DNA of 64,000 nt from Fibrobacterales bacterium (GTDB lineage Bacteria > Fibrobacterota > Fibrobacteria > Fibrobacterales > JAOPTW01): the NCBI GenBank assembly GCA_051532035.1, contig JAOPTW010000036.1, forward strand, positions 83,893 to 147,892, read 5' to 3'. Both the position numbers and the translations under genes were made by a program. The notes below the pieces were generated by a model. It searched no databases. It was not told the origin of the DNA and was given only the letters and a program-made list of their open reading frames with translations. Shown one piece after another: positions 10,970 to 22,027 of this stretch; positions within the stretch are counted from its first letter, which is position 1, and every line of letters starts with the position of its first letter.

Positions 10970-12283
10970 TTAAGGTAATACTAATTTCTTAAGATTCTCA
11001 TCAAGTATATTTACATAAACCAGACTACGCCATTTCTTCATATACCCTTCAAGTTTTTTCTGAGAAAGATTGTTCATTGTCATCATCTCTAACTGAGGAA
11101 AATCATCATTAATTGAAAGGGTACGTTCTGCAAGTTGTTGTTCTAAATAGAGCACATTCCAAGTTTCTTCAATAAGGAATGGTTCCGAAACACCTTTTTC
11201 TTGAAGCCCTTGCAGTACCACTGTGAGCGTAGGATCAACCTGAGGTCGTTCAAACCAGCCGAGAAGTCCACCTCTTTTATTCGTTGCATTATCACTTGAA
11301 TATTTTTGTGAGAGGTCTGCAAAAGACTCGCCTTTTATTACAAGAGCCGCAATTGAATCAGCCATCGCTTTAACTTTCAAAGTATCTGCACCATTGGGCA
11401 ACACCCCCAACAATATATGAGCAGCTTGAATTTCATTATCCTGTCTTTGGAGTACTTTTATAATATGAAACCCTTTTTTAGTATGAACGGGAAATTCAGT
11501 ATACCGACCAATGGGAGTACGAAATGCATAGCGTTCAAATTCTGGGTCATGAGCTCCTTTCTTGAAAAAGCCAAGATCACCACCACTTCCTGAAGTAAAA
11601 TCCTGAGACCAACTATCTGCGAGAGTATCAAATGCGGCCCCTTTGTTAAGTTCACTAATAAGTGAATCAGCAAGTGCACGTACCGAATCGAGTCTCTCTC
11701 TATTCGGTTTGATTTTCATAGTCAGCTTTCTCAATTTCACACAGTTATATTGTTTAGGAAGCTTTTCTTTATTCTCTGTATAAAACTGTTCAACATCTTT
11801 AAGAGTGGGGAGAAGGCGGCCTACATATTTTCCACGCACCTTATTAAGAATTGCCTGTTGAGACAACTGCTCACCGACATACACTCTGAATTTAGACATT
11901 GTCATACCGGTCTCTTGCAGTATTCTTTGTGCCAATTGCGCTTTATTGGGAATATTTACTGCAAGCTTAGCAATATGGTTATCAACCAACTCATTGAGTT
12001 CATCTGGCCCAACCAATAGAGTATCAAGGCGTGCCTTTGCAAGAACTATTTTCTCATCGATCAGCTTATCAAGTACCTTCGCCTTGAGTTCCAAGCCATC
12101 AAGAGTGCTAAAATCGGGAAGACTACTATACTGATAGAGTGCTTCCATAATATCAGATTCGAGAATCACTTTTCCATCAACAACTGCTACAATTCGCTCA
12201 TAGGATTCAGCGTTTTTAGCTGCAAGAGCAGGTGCAATCAATGACGCTACAATAAGTGCGAGAGATACAAAGATTTTTTTCAT
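10970..12283 (-). CDS. surA: SurA-type periplasmic chaperone/peptidyl-prolyl isomerase
   Basis: Signal peptide, IVAVVDGKVILESD, two parvulin domains (GGDLGF, AAHIL, GGLLGW). Confidence 0.85.
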   Translation of the reverse strand: MKKIFVSLALIVASLIAPALAAKNAESYERIVAVVDGKVILESDIMEALYQYSSLPDFSTLDGLELKAKVLDKLIDEKIVLAKARLDTLLVGPDELNELVDNHIAKLAVNIPNKAQLAQRILQETGMTMSKFRVYVGEQLSQQAILNKVRGKYVGRLLPTLKDVEQFYTENKEKLPKQYNCVKLRKLTMKIKPNRERLDSVRALADSLISELNKGAAFDTLADSWSQDFTSGSGGDLGFFKKGAHDPEFERYAFRTPIGRYTEFPVHTKKGFHIIKVLQRQDNEIQAAHILLGVLPNGADTLKVKAMADSIAALVIKGESFADLSQKYSSDNATNKRGGLLGWFERPQVDPTLTVVLQGLQEKGVSEPFLIEETWNVLYLEQQLAERTLSINDDFPQLEMMTMNNLSQKKLEGYMKKWRSLVYVNILDENLKKLVLP

Positions 12284-12292
12284 AATAGTTCT

Positions 12293-13141
12293 TTATTTTT
12301 TTTGAGGAATGTTATCAAGGTCCACACTAATGAGCAGTCTGCCTTTTGTGCGTTCAATCATTTGGTTTAACTTATTTTTTAAGGTCTCTTTTTTCATTAC
12401 CTGGGCAATGTCACTTTCAACCTCGTGGTAGAATTTTGTAGCCCCTTCAAGTTCACGTTCTTCGAGGTGCACTACAATCACTTGGTCATCACAGCGGTTT
12501 GGTACACTTGTTGTACCTACACGCATAGAGCTGATAGTTTTTCTTACGCACTCTGGATATTCGCCAATAGACTTATAGTCATTGAGCGTAACAGTAAATC
12601 CCTTTTCACGACGCACTGATCGTTCCACATCCATATAGGGTGTTTTACTTTTATTGACTCTTCGTTGATCAGTTATACGCTGACGAAGTTTCCAAGAGCC
12701 CGTAACTGTTTGTGTTCCTATAAAGCGAGTTTTATAGACCGCTTCGCTTCGTTTAAATAGGTCACCATTCTCTTTGAAAAAACTCTTGATTTGTTCATCA
12801 TTAGGTGCTTCAATCTCTTTGAGAATATCTGCAACAACATTATCCACGAGAATTTTTTTCTCAATTGCCGCTAATTGTTTTTGAAAATACTCTTCTTTAT
12901 CAAGTTTTCTTTCAAGAGCAATAGTATATAACACCTCATTATCCATCCACCGATGCACCATATCAAGGTACTGCTCTCTACTCAACAACTCACTATACTC
13001 TTTAGGAACACGGGCAGTGAGATCATCTTGGGTTAAGACACTTCCGCCTACCTGTGCGACGATACTTTTTGTTTCGGTGTTTTTACACGAAACTACAACA
13101 AGTAGAACTAGACCGAGGAATATTTTCATTTGGACTCCCAA
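12293..13141 (-). CDS. PrsA/SurA-like foldase lipoprotein
   Basis: Lipobox-like VVSC, VAQVGGSVLT, context between mfd and surA; start probably ATG 13129. Confidence 0.6.
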   Translation of the reverse strand: MGVQMKIFLGLVLLVVVSCKNTETKSIVAQVGGSVLTQDDLTARVPKEYSELLSREQYLDMVHRWMDNEVLYTIALERKLDKEEYFQKQLAAIEKKILVDNVVADILKEIEAPNDEQIKSFFKENGDLFKRSEAVYKTRFIGTQTVTGSWKLRQRITDQRRVNKSKTPYMDVERSVRREKGFTVTLNDYKSIGEYPECVRKTISSMRVGTTSVPNRCDDQVIVVHLEERELEGATKFYHEVESDIAQVMKKETLKNKLNQMIERTKGRLLISVDLDNIPQKK

Positions 13142-13245
13142 AATGTGATGAACAGAATATTATGCCGTTCTGCTAGAAAATACTAAATTCCCCAATTTTA
13201 TTCAATCAAGGGAACTTTTTAACTCATATTTACACCTGAGAAAAA

Positions 13246-16200
13246 TCATTTTTCAATACCCGCCAGTTTTTTGATAATTTCCAAGGATTGAATACACTTC
13301 TCGGCCTCATTTTTACCATTCAGGTCAACAACAGCTTGTATCGGCTCTTCATAAATAAGACGAATTGGTCGATTACAACGCTCCATCATCACTGCATATT
13401 GCTCAGGCTTGGGCTTATAGAACTCCGAAAAGGTGAGTACGAGAAGGTGCTTCTCAATTTCAACCTTTTCAACACCAATACTTTTAGCACCAATACGCAT
13501 CTCCACAGAGCCCAACAGCATCTCACAGGGGGCAGGTAGGTCGCCATACCGGTCTTGAAACTCGTTTTTTAGACGATATACTTCATCCATAGTTTCGAGT
13601 CGGGCTATTTTTTGATACAGAGATATTCTCTGAAGCCCATCTTCGACATAAGATTCTGGGATAAATGAATCAACCGAAAGCTCTACCTTCGTAGCAATAT
13701 CCGGCTCCTCATGTTCACCCCTGAGCTCATTTACTGCTTCTCGAATCATTTTTACATAGGTTTCGTATCCGAGCTCTGCAATATGACCACTCTGTTGGGT
13801 TCCCAACAAGTTCCCTGCACCTCGAATTTCAAGATCTCTCAGAGCCAACTGGTACCCACTTCCTAGGTCCGTAAACATTTCTAGCGCTTTCAATCTCTTC
13901 TGGGCATCGTCCGAAAGTACCTTATTGTGAGGGGTTATGAGATACGCCCATGCCTTTAGCCCTGAACGCCCTACACGTCCCCGAAGTTGATAGAGCTGTG
14001 ATACACCAAAATTATGAGCATTATTAATAATCATTGTATTAGCAGATGGAATATCTAGCCCCGATTCAATGATAGTAGTACTCACCAATACATCAAATTC
14101 TCTATTAAGAAATGCTGCCATTACTTGTTCAAGGTCTGTAGCATTCATCTGTCCATGGCCCACACAGACACGAGCTTCGGGAACCAACTCTTCAATCTCT
14201 TCAGCGATTTCCATAATAGTACGTACTCGATCATTAACCACAAAGATCTGACCACCGCGATTCATCTCATTATAAATGGCATCACGAATCACTTTTTTAT
14301 CAAAATGCATTACCCGTGTCTCAATAGGGAGGCGATTACGAGGTGGCGTTGAGATAAGTGAGACGTCACGAGCTCCCGCAAGGGAGAGATGAAGGGTTCG
14401 CGGTATGGGAGTTGCACTCATACAGAGAAAGTCAACGGAAAGCTTCAGTTCCATCAAACGCTCTTTCTGCTTTACTCCAAATTTTTGTTCTTCATCGACT
14501 ATAATAAGACCTAAATCTTTAAATGAAACATCTTTAGAGAGCAGGGCATGAGTACCGACAACAATATCAACCCTGCCTGTACTCAATTTTTCATATACTT
14601 CTTTTTTCTCTTTGGTGCTTTTGAAACGGTTAAGAAACTCAATTTCAACCGGCCATGAAGCCAGCCGCTCAACAAAACTATTAAAATGCTGTGTCGCTAA
14701 AATGGTGGTCGGTACCAGTATCGCCACCTGTTTTTTCTCACACACAACTTTAAAGGCAGCGCGCATTGCAACTTCAGTTTTACCAAACCCTACATCGCCA
14801 CAAACGAGACGATCCATCGGCATTGTTTGTTCCAGGTCTTTTTTACAAGCCTCTGAAGCACTCTGTTGATCAGGAGTCGGCTCATATTCAAATGCCTGTT
14901 CAAACTCCACCTGTAGTGGATTATGAGCAGTAAAGGAGTGCCCTTTTGCCAATTGACGTTTAGCGTAAAGTTCAACAAGCTCCTTTGCAATTTTGACTAC
15001 TTTCTTTTTCGTACGCTCTTTTAAACTTGCCCAAGTCTTGGTACCCAACTTATTGAGATTTGGTTCTGGCCCATCTTTAGAGACATACTTCTCTAATTTT
15101 TGCAGATCTTCGACAGGAACCGTTAAGCGATCTTTCCCTGAATATTCAAGAAGGATACAGTCAATATGCCCCCCCTTAATTTCTATTCGCTGAATACCAA
15201 TATATTTACCGATACCATAGTCTTGGTGAATAATACAGTCACCTCGAGTTAGGGCTTCAAATGAGGGAATCGCAACTCCCCCTTTGTATTTCTGTTGCCT
15301 TACCTTTCGACTAAACTTGTTAAATATTTGGTGATCAGTAAACAGTGCCACCTTCTCATCTTCGACGACAAAACCCGAAGAGAGATGCCCTATAAGTACT
15401 TCAGAAAAGGCCATATCTGAGACAAGTTTTTTCAGTCGCTCTGCCTGCCCCTGGTTTGAAGAGACCAAGTAGACCTTATACCCCCGCTCTTGTAATTCAG
15501 CAGATGTTTCATCAAGTTGTTGTATACCTGCAGAACTACGTTGTTGATCCGTAATAGTATATTCAAATGAGTTTTTGCCATTCCATGACAGTCGCGTAAA
15601 ACAAGCCCGTGTAGTCGCATGTATCAACGTATCAAGTTCATCTGCAGTATAAAAAAGGTCGGTAGGTTTCGCAGGGAGGTGCCCGCTTTCTAATGCTTCG
15701 CTATACCCTTTTTCTAATTGATCGTGATATGCTTCAACAGCAGATTGTATCTCCCCATTATCAGTATAAAAAAGCGTTAACGCACTTCCCATCACCTCGA
15801 AAATTGAATGGGTAAGTGGCTGGAAAAAGGATCTCATCCAGTGAATACCCGTAAAATCCCGCTGTTCAATTATCGAAGTCTGTACTGACTCAAGAGTATC
15901 AGCCCCATCATGAGCCTCCATCATCTGCAATACACCCTCTTCGAGCATATTAGCGGAGTAACAGAACTCCTCCATAGGCATAAGCACCATGCGCTCTTTT
16001 TTCCCCCGTGAGAGCTGGCTGAAAATATCAAATTCACGTATAGACTCTATCTCAGTATCAAGAAATTCAAGTCGCAGTGGATGATCTGCTAAAAAAGGAT
16101 AAATATCGACAATACATCCACGAATAGAAAACTCACCTATATTTTCTACCATAGGCTCTTCGCTAAACCCCATTATCATTAAGGTCTCTCGCAGATCGTC

Positions 16201-16698
16201 AAATTCAATTTCACCCCCAACAGACAGGGTAACGATAGTAGCTTTTAGCTGTGCAGGGTCGGCCATCTTTTCGAGAGCCGCTTTGAGTGTTGCAACCGCA
16301 ATAAACGGTGACGCATCATTGAGTCGATTTAAAAAGTGAAGTCGTGACTCTACAACATTAGTAAAGGGAGTTCTCCACTCGTAGGGATTCAGTTCTAGTT
16401 CGGGAACCCGTACTACTTGTTCATCCCCAACAAACGTACCTAAATCATCAGCGAGAGAGTCTGCACTCCGCACATCAGGGCACAGTACTAACAGACGACG
16501 AGGCTTACTCGAATAATTTTGCGCAATACACGCTGCTTTTGAAACATCGGTAAAACCCGAGAGGTGAGGAACGAGATCTACTTCAGTACTGGTCTCAATA
16601 CGGGCAAAACTCGGGAAAAGTTTTTCTGATATAACGGTTTGTATCTCTTTCATAAGGGCAAAATATACCAAAATGAACTTAATAGTGGCCCAGTTCAC
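13246..16698 (-). CDS. mfd: Transcription-repair coupling factor
   Basis: CGDVGFGKTEVA, DEEQKFG, SATPIPRTL, QLRGRVGRS, RDLEIRGAGNLLG; real start may be ~16653. Confidence 0.97.
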   Translation of the reverse strand: MNWATIKFILVYFALMKEIQTVISEKLFPSFARIETSTEVDLVPHLSGFTDVSKAACIAQNYSSKPRRLLVLCPDVRSADSLADDLGTFVGDEQVVRVPELELNPYEWRTPFTNVVESRLHFLNRLNDASPFIAVATLKAALEKMADPAQLKATIVTLSVGGEIEFDDLRETLMIMGFSEEPMVENIGEFSIRGCIVDIYPFLADHPLRLEFLDTEIESIREFDIFSQLSRGKKERMVLMPMEEFCYSANMLEEGVLQMMEAHDGADTLESVQTSIIEQRDFTGIHWMRSFFQPLTHSIFEVMGSALTLFYTDNGEIQSAVEAYHDQLEKGYSEALESGHLPAKPTDLFYTADELDTLIHATTRACFTRLSWNGKNSFEYTITDQQRSSAGIQQLDETSAELQERGYKVYLVSSNQGQAERLKKLVSDMAFSEVLIGHLSSGFVVEDEKVALFTDHQIFNKFSRKVRQQKYKGGVAIPSFEALTRGDCIIHQDYGIGKYIGIQRIEIKGGHIDCILLEYSGKDRLTVPVEDLQKLEKYVSKDGPEPNLNKLGTKTWASLKERTKKKVVKIAKELVELYAKRQLAKGHSFTAHNPLQVEFEQAFEYEPTPDQQSASEACKKDLEQTMPMDRLVCGDVGFGKTEVAMRAAFKVVCEKKQVAILVPTTILATQHFNSFVERLASWPVEIEFLNRFKSTKEKKEVYEKLSTGRVDIVVGTHALLSKDVSFKDLGLIIVDEEQKFGVKQKERLMELKLSVDFLCMSATPIPRTLHLSLAGARDVSLISTPPRNRLPIETRVMHFDKKVIRDAIYNEMNRGGQIFVVNDRVRTIMEIAEEIEELVPEARVCVGHGQMNATDLEQVMAAFLNREFDVLVSTTIIESGLDIPSANTMIINNAHNFGVSQLYQLRGRVGRSGLKAWAYLITPHNKVLSDDAQKRLKALEMFTDLGSGYQLALRDLEIRGAGNLLGTQQSGHIAELGYETYVKMIREAVNELRGEHEEPDIATKVELSVDSFIPESYVEDGLQRISLYQKIARLETMDEVYRLKNEFQDRYGDLPAPCEMLLGSVEMRIGAKSIGVEKVEIEKHLLVLTFSEFYKPKPEQYAVMMERCNRPIRLIYEEPIQAVVDLNGKNEAEKCIQSLEIIKKLAGIEK

Positions 16699-16752
16699 CC
16701 TACTCTTTCACCAATAGGGCACCTTTTGAGAACTTCTCATTTAATTTTGCCG

Positions 16753-17667
16753 TTATTCTAATATGATGCGGTTCCGACCAGCTTCTTTAGCTTTATACAT
16801 AAGTATATCAGCTCTGTTAATGCAATCATCAATAGCCTCACCCTGCTTATGCTGAACCAAACCTCCACTAATAGTGACCCCAGTTTTTGCCGTATCCAAA
16901 GAATGTTCTTCGAGTGTTCTGCGAATTTTTTCTGCGACCTGAAGTGCACCATCGATATTCGTATGAGGAAATATCAATACAAACTCTTCTCCACCCCATC
17001 GTCCTACCACATCAGAGTCACGCACTATCCCTTTCATTATGTTTGACACCTCTGAAAGCACCGCATCCCCAGCATTGTGCCCCAAAGAATCGTTGACCCG
17101 TTTAAAAAAGTCCAGATCAATCATCAATACAGAAACATCAGTATTATACCGATCCGCATAGCTAAATGCATCTCGAAAACGTTCAATCATATTGCGTCGA
17201 TTAAATGTTTGAGTTAACTCATCTGTAATGGCTAATTGTTGCAACTTTTTATTTGTAAGAAGTAGCTCACGTTTTATCTGTTGCAATTCCAGATGTACTT
17301 TAACCCGTGCCAGTACCTCACGCCGCTCAATCGGCTTAGTCACATAATCAACACCACCTGAATCAAATGCTTTAACGATAGTATGGGTATCAGTACTTGC
17401 ACTAATGAAAATTATCGGAATATCTTCGAGACTCTTATTTTTCTTCATCTGCATACTGAGCTCATACCCATTAACTTCAGGCATGTTGATATCGAGCATG
17501 ACCAAATCGGGAGGACTTTGATTAGCAATGGAAACTGCATCCTCTGCGCTTAACGCGATGATAACTTGATATCCATTCAATACTAAAATTTTCTTCAAAA
17601 TCTTAGTATTAATAGAGACATCATCGACAACAAGAATCGTTGCATCAAATGGAGCTTCAATTGACAT
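16753..17667 (-). CDS. Response regulator diguanylate cyclase (REC-GGDEF)
   Basis: ILVVDD, LDINMP, KP receiver; DLDFFKRVND, RDSD I-site, GGEEF, KEAGRN. Confidence 0.93.
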   Translation of the reverse strand: MSIEAPFDATILVVDDVSINTKILKKILVLNGYQVIIALSAEDAVSIANQSPPDLVMLDINMPEVNGYELSMQMKKNKSLEDIPIIFISASTDTHTIVKAFDSGGVDYVTKPIERREVLARVKVHLELQQIKRELLLTNKKLQQLAITDELTQTFNRRNMIERFRDAFSYADRYNTDVSVLMIDLDFFKRVNDSLGHNAGDAVLSEVSNIMKGIVRDSDVVGRWGGEEFVLIFPHTNIDGALQVAEKIRRTLEEHSLDTAKTGVTISGGLVQHKQGEAIDDCINRADILMYKAKEAGRNRIILE

Positions 17668-17762
17668 CGGGTATAAACTCTAAACATATTCAATTTAGTA
17701 TACCAGAATTTCAGTTATGAATCAACACAATTAATGTTAGCTGTAGAAATATGTGAGGGTAC

Positions 17763-17790
17763 AAAAAAAGCCGACTAAAAAGCCGGCTTT
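17763..17790 (-). terminator. Intrinsic terminator after tRNA-Lys
   Basis: Minus strand AAAGCCGGCT-tttt-AGTCGGCTTT followed by T run. Confidence 0.8.
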
Positions 17791-17792
17791 TA

Positions 17793-17865
17793 TGAATCAG
17801 GAAGGGCTCGAACCTTCGACCCACGCCTTAAAAGGGCGTTGCTCTACCAACTGAGCTACTAATCC
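17793..17865 (-). tRNA. tRNA-Lys(UUU), CCA not encoded
   Basis: Minus strand GGATTAGTAGCTCAGTTGGTAGAGCAACGCCCTTTTAAGGCGTGGGTCGAAGGTTCGAGCCCTTCCTGATTCA; anticodon loop CTTTTAA, T-loop TTCGA. Confidence 0.95.
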
Positions 17866-17905
17866 AACTTGTCGTTAAACAAGTGCACTTCAGAAGCGCA
17901 GAGCA

Positions 17906-17934
17906 AATATACATAGACCGTTTTTATACGTCAA
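17906..17934 (-). promoter_or_regulatory. Sigma70-type promoter for tRNA-Lys
   Basis: TTGACG-17 nt-TATATT on minus strand, then GC-rich discriminator. Confidence 0.7.
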
Positions 17935-18298
17935 CGCTTTTTGTTAAAAAATTTCCATTTTTTATTTTTTTTTTACGAGGCGGTTTTTTTTAGAAATTTT
18001 ACCTCAATGTTACTCCACCTCCCTCCCCCATTCTTTAAAGTATTGCCCTTACTTTGCCTAAAGGGAAAGTCATAGTTCCTCTATAACAAACATCCTTTCA
18101 TTCGAGGGCCGCAAGGCTTTTCCATTTTTTAACACGCTCCATTCTATAGATATCGACATTCTCAAGACATATAATCATTATCCTCATAGTAAAGTACCCT
18201 ACACTGGCTACTATTATCAGTGCTACATTTTAAACCGTTGATTCCCAGAACACAAAAAAAGCAAACAGCCATCTCTTTAAAATCCTACATTATGTTCT

Positions 18299-19249
18299 AT
18301 GAAATATATTATATACAACCTACTATTTACTGTCACACTTTTTTCGGCTGATGTAGCAAACACTTTTGACTTTTTAGGTACCCATACCTCTCCACTTTCA
18401 AAAGCACTCAATGGCATCTCTTCCTCATATGTGACCGGTACCCAAGCGCTCGGTGTAACACCGGCAGGCATCCACCTCACTCAAGCATCAGCAGCAGTAG
18501 CACTCAGTGCTCAATTTGGCATTGATGGTGATAAAGCGGTTTCCCTTTCAGGGGTAAAAACTCTCAACAAGCGTTTAACCGGCGGCCTCAGCCTCCACTA
18601 CACTCAGAGCTCTTCAATTCAGATGCTTAACAACGCCAACGAACCTATAGGTAAAACCGACCCTTATGATTATATATTTGCAGCACATGGCGCCTATCGT
18701 CTCTCTGAACGATTTACCCTCGGTGTAAGTGGAAAATACATTGCAGAATATCTCACCGATGCAGAATATGGTACAACAGCACAAGGGCTCGCTCTTGACA
18801 TTGGTTCGCGCTATATAGCACTCCCCAACGAGCTCCTTTTTGCAGCAACGCTTATGAACCTTGGTAAACAAATTACTGGGCACACCAAAAATTCAAAAAC
18901 TGAATCTCTTAATACTTCCCTCAAATTAGGCGGCTCTTACACCAATCCATCCCTTGAAATCCTGACACTTAACCTTGAAAGTGAATATTTCATCAACAGC
19001 CCCTATCGTATTGGCGCAAGTATAGCTGCCGCAATTCACCCTGCAATAAAAATCTATGTGGGATATGCAGTAGACAACAATTCACTCAAGGCTATGACGA
19101 GTAATTATGATAATGCAAATCAAGAAACAACCATTGCAACCGGTGGTTTCTCTCTCCTCCTCAGTAGTATTGATATACACTACGCTCTTGAACTCCACCG
19201 TTTCTCCTTAGACCCAACCCATTTTGCAGGACTCAACTGGAGGTTATAA
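18299..19249 (+). CDS. PorV/PorQ-like outer-membrane beta-barrel protein
   Basis: Signal peptide, N-terminal PAG motif, GVSGKYI, LALDIG, MNLG, alternating beta strands. Confidence 0.65.
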   Translation: MKYIIYNLLFTVTLFSADVANTFDFLGTHTSPLSKALNGISSSYVTGTQALGVTPAGIHLTQASAAVALSAQFGIDGDKAVSLSGVKTLNKRLTGGLSLHYTQSSSIQMLNNANEPIGKTDPYDYIFAAHGAYRLSERFTLGVSGKYIAEYLTDAEYGTTAQGLALDIGSRYIALPNELLFAATLMNLGKQITGHTKNSKTESLNTSLKLGGSYTNPSLEILTLNLESEYFINSPYRIGASIAAAIHPAIKIYVGYAVDNNSLKAMTSNYDNANQETTIATGGFSLLLSSIDIHYALELHRFSLDPTHFAGLNWRL

Positions 19250-19824
19250 TGCCCCACGTACTCTTTCTCGCACTCATAGTACTCTCACTTTCATCGCTTG
19301 CTGCAGGCCCCCGGTCAACCCTTCCTCGCTATATTTTTATTACACAGGAGAGTGCCTACCTCAGAGAAGCACCTCATGAAAACGCCCCTATTAGAGCCGC
19401 ACTTCCCTTTGGCACCCGCTTTAAAGTACTATCCAAAACCGAAGAGTGGTATCAGGTATCATCCGACAACATCTATGGGCACATTAGTGAATACGATACT
19501 CAGTACTTAAAACAGATGAACACCAAAACGATACAAAAGCTTAATGCATATCAAAAAATGGATTTCCCCATGGTCGAGATTCAAGATGGCGATACCATTG
19601 CACCTCTGGATACTATTTCGATTGTAGCAATTGCCTCTGATGGACTTGGTGAGATTACGCAACTTGAGTGGAAAATTGGCAATGGTCCCTACGTAAAAAC
19701 CAAACGAACCGATACAACCTTTATCGCCCCGAACAAACCAACTCCTCATCTCCCCGTTATATTACGCGTTCGAGACAATTCTGGACTCTATAGAGCTGAT
19801 ACCGCACATTTTACTGTTGAATAA
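19249..19824 (+). CDS. Secreted SH3b-domain protein with C-terminal Ig/PKD-like domain
   Basis: Signal peptide; YLREAP...LPFGTRFKV..EWYQV...GHI; coupled to upstream gene (TAATG). Confidence 0.65.
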   Translation: MPHVLFLALIVLSLSSLAAGPRSTLPRYIFITQESAYLREAPHENAPIRAALPFGTRFKVLSKTEEWYQVSSDNIYGHISEYDTQYLKQMNTKTIQKLNAYQKMDFPMVEIQDGDTIAPLDTISIVAIASDGLGEITQLEWKIGNGPYVKTKRTDTTFIAPNKPTPHLPVILRVRDNSGLYRADTAHFTVE

Positions 19825-19830
19825 CAGCCC

Positions 19831-21975
19831 TTATATAACGACTAAGCCAGCACTTTTTAAGACAAACCAAAACTCCGACTGTATAAGGTCTTCGACAGGA
19901 GTGGTCCCTGTAGGGTACCACGAAAGAGCCTCACTCCAATGCAATCGCTCATGTTTTTTGAGATCACCTGCATTGCACACTTTCTTGCACCATGCTGCAA
20001 CAGTATAGGGAATAGTAAACCCGGTTTTCACTCCATTCACCTTACAGGTAAACTGTGCCTGAGAAGAACCACTCTTTGTATACTGTACCGCCCCTCCGAG
20101 CCACACAACTTGCTTTGTTCCTTTGGGGAGTTTCAATGGCTGTGTGAGTGCCCGTTCTATAAAATCTGGCGCTACTGTTGGGTGTGGAACTTCACAATCA
20201 AACCACGAAGCTACGTCATTTTCCACCCCTGCTCCGTACATAAAGTTGTAGTTAGCTTTTTTGAGCCCTTCAGCGAGTATATCTATGGAACCACCACCAC
20301 TGTAGGGTAAATCATTATTGGCGAAGGGTGCGGGGGTCGCATCATACTCAACTCCATACACATCAGGGTTCTTAGCAACAGGACTATGAGTTGTCAAAGA
20401 AAAACGATGCCAAAAGGTAGAGTCAATCACACCACACCTATACATCTGTCGCACAATTTCTAGTGCATCAATACCATCCTGAATAATCTGTCCAGGAAAA
20501 CTATAGATAAGATAGGCATGAGTCAATACACCTGCACGAGCAAAATTACCCGCTGTTGTTGTTGCACTTTCAGTCGACACACCTTTATTCATAGCATCAA
20601 GGACACTATTCGTTACCGCTTCGAGCCCCCCCGTCACTGCAACACATCCAGCACGGGCCATTAAAAAGGCAATATCTTGAGTATACGCTGTTTCGAATCG
20701 TATATTCCCCCACCACTCAATATCAAGTCCCCGACGGATCACCTCAAGTGAAAAAAGTTTTGCACTTTTCGGAGGGAAAGCCTCATCAACAAAATGAAAG
20801 GTTCTACAACCCGTCTCTGCGATTATACTTTCGACGGTATTCACCAGATACTCAATTGAAGCCGACTGATACCGTGCAATGTAGTCCAATGAGACATCAC
20901 AAAAGGAACATTTTTTCCAGTAGCAACCATGGGCCGCTCTTATTTTGAGCCACCCTTTCTGAGACCACAAAGTATGCATTGGATTAAAAGATTCATAGAG
21001 CGTTATATACTGAGAGAGGTCGAGAGAGCCATAATCGGGAACCCCCAATTTATTCACATGTAAATCAGCAATGGAGTCATTACTGACCCACTGAACCCCC
21101 GTATCACCTTTTACCATAGTTCGATAGAGTGCACTATGGTCTCCACTTTGCAGATACTCTATAAGTTGTAATAAGGGGCGTTCACCATCATCAAAACAGA
21201 TGTAATCACAGTAATCAAATATCCGTGTATCACTCAATTCACGGAGTTCAGAATTAACATACCCACCACCTATAACTATGGGAATCTGAGGATACTTTTT
21301 TTTAAACCATCGTCCAATAGCAAGAGCCCCAAAAAGATTCCCCGGAAAAGGAACAGTAATTGCACAAAGGTCATAACCCTCGAAATCAATTTCAGAAAGA
21401 TATTCACCAATAAGGGTATCGATTAAATCACTCTGAGTAAGACTCTCCTCAATTGCATCAAAAGTACGGGCACTCATCCCCAACCGATCATTATACTTTG
21501 AGAGCCCAAAGCCCGGAAGAATAGTCTGTTGCATTAAGTCGGTCAAATCATCTATATAGAGTGATGCACGATAATGCGCCTGTTCATCAGAAGACATTTC
21601 TGAAAATATTTCTCCCAATTCTTCAATTGCACTAAACCGGGGGCCTTCGGGCAAAAAATCTGGGGTTCCAATTGATATACTCCCTTCGGGCCACCCACCT
21701 TGTAAATAGGTTATGACCTGATCGATAGTTCTCAGGTAAAACTTACACAACTCACTATCAAACTCGAAATCTTCTTGTAACAAGTCAAAAAAACGCTGTA
21801 ACCCTTTTGAAGAGAAAAGTCGATGAAAGACCGAAATCCCTACATCAAACTGACGAGGAGTATGGCCGTATTCACGGAGGGTCCCCGCCAAAAATGGCAT
21901 AGCCGAGTACGGGGTATTAAGCTGAGAAAATGGAGGAGTAAATAGCGCTACAGTTGCCATATTTTTTTTACCCAC
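19831..21975 (-). CDS. Cobalamin-binding radical SAM protein
   Basis: CYWKKCSFC (CxxxCxxC), N-terminal TPPF..LNTPY, IVIGGGY, FVDEA, GGLE. Confidence 0.85.
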   Translation of the reverse strand: MGKKNMATVALFTPPFSQLNTPYSAMPFLAGTLREYGHTPRQFDVGISVFHRLFSSKGLQRFFDLLQEDFEFDSELCKFYLRTIDQVITYLQGGWPEGSISIGTPDFLPEGPRFSAIEELGEIFSEMSSDEQAHYRASLYIDDLTDLMQQTILPGFGLSKYNDRLGMSARTFDAIEESLTQSDLIDTLIGEYLSEIDFEGYDLCAITVPFPGNLFGALAIGRWFKKKYPQIPIVIGGGYVNSELRELSDTRIFDYCDYICFDDGERPLLQLIEYLQSGDHSALYRTMVKGDTGVQWVSNDSIADLHVNKLGVPDYGSLDLSQYITLYESFNPMHTLWSQKGWLKIRAAHGCYWKKCSFCDVSLDYIARYQSASIEYLVNTVESIIAETGCRTFHFVDEAFPPKSAKLFSLEVIRRGLDIEWWGNIRFETAYTQDIAFLMARAGCVAVTGGLEAVTNSVLDAMNKGVSTESATTTAGNFARAGVLTHAYLIYSFPGQIIQDGIDALEIVRQMYRCGVIDSTFWHRFSLTTHSPVAKNPDVYGVEYDATPAPFANNDLPYSGGGSIDILAEGLKKANYNFMYGAGVENDVASWFDCEVPHPTVAPDFIERALTQPLKLPKGTKQVVWLGGAVQYTKSGSSQAQFTCKVNGVKTGFTIPYTVAAWCKKVCNAGDLKKHERLHWSEALSWYPTGTTPVEDLIQSEFWFVLKSAGLVVI

Positions 21976-22027
21976 AGAAGAGAGAAATGTGGTACAATAT
22001 CATTATCAACACAATTATAACATTTAA

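Noticed and set aside
17793..18298. tRNA-Lys as an integration site, or the AT-rich upstream gap as an island edge
   Set aside because: No adjacent integrase and no duplicate tRNA 3' end noticed; the gap is explained by divergent promoters.
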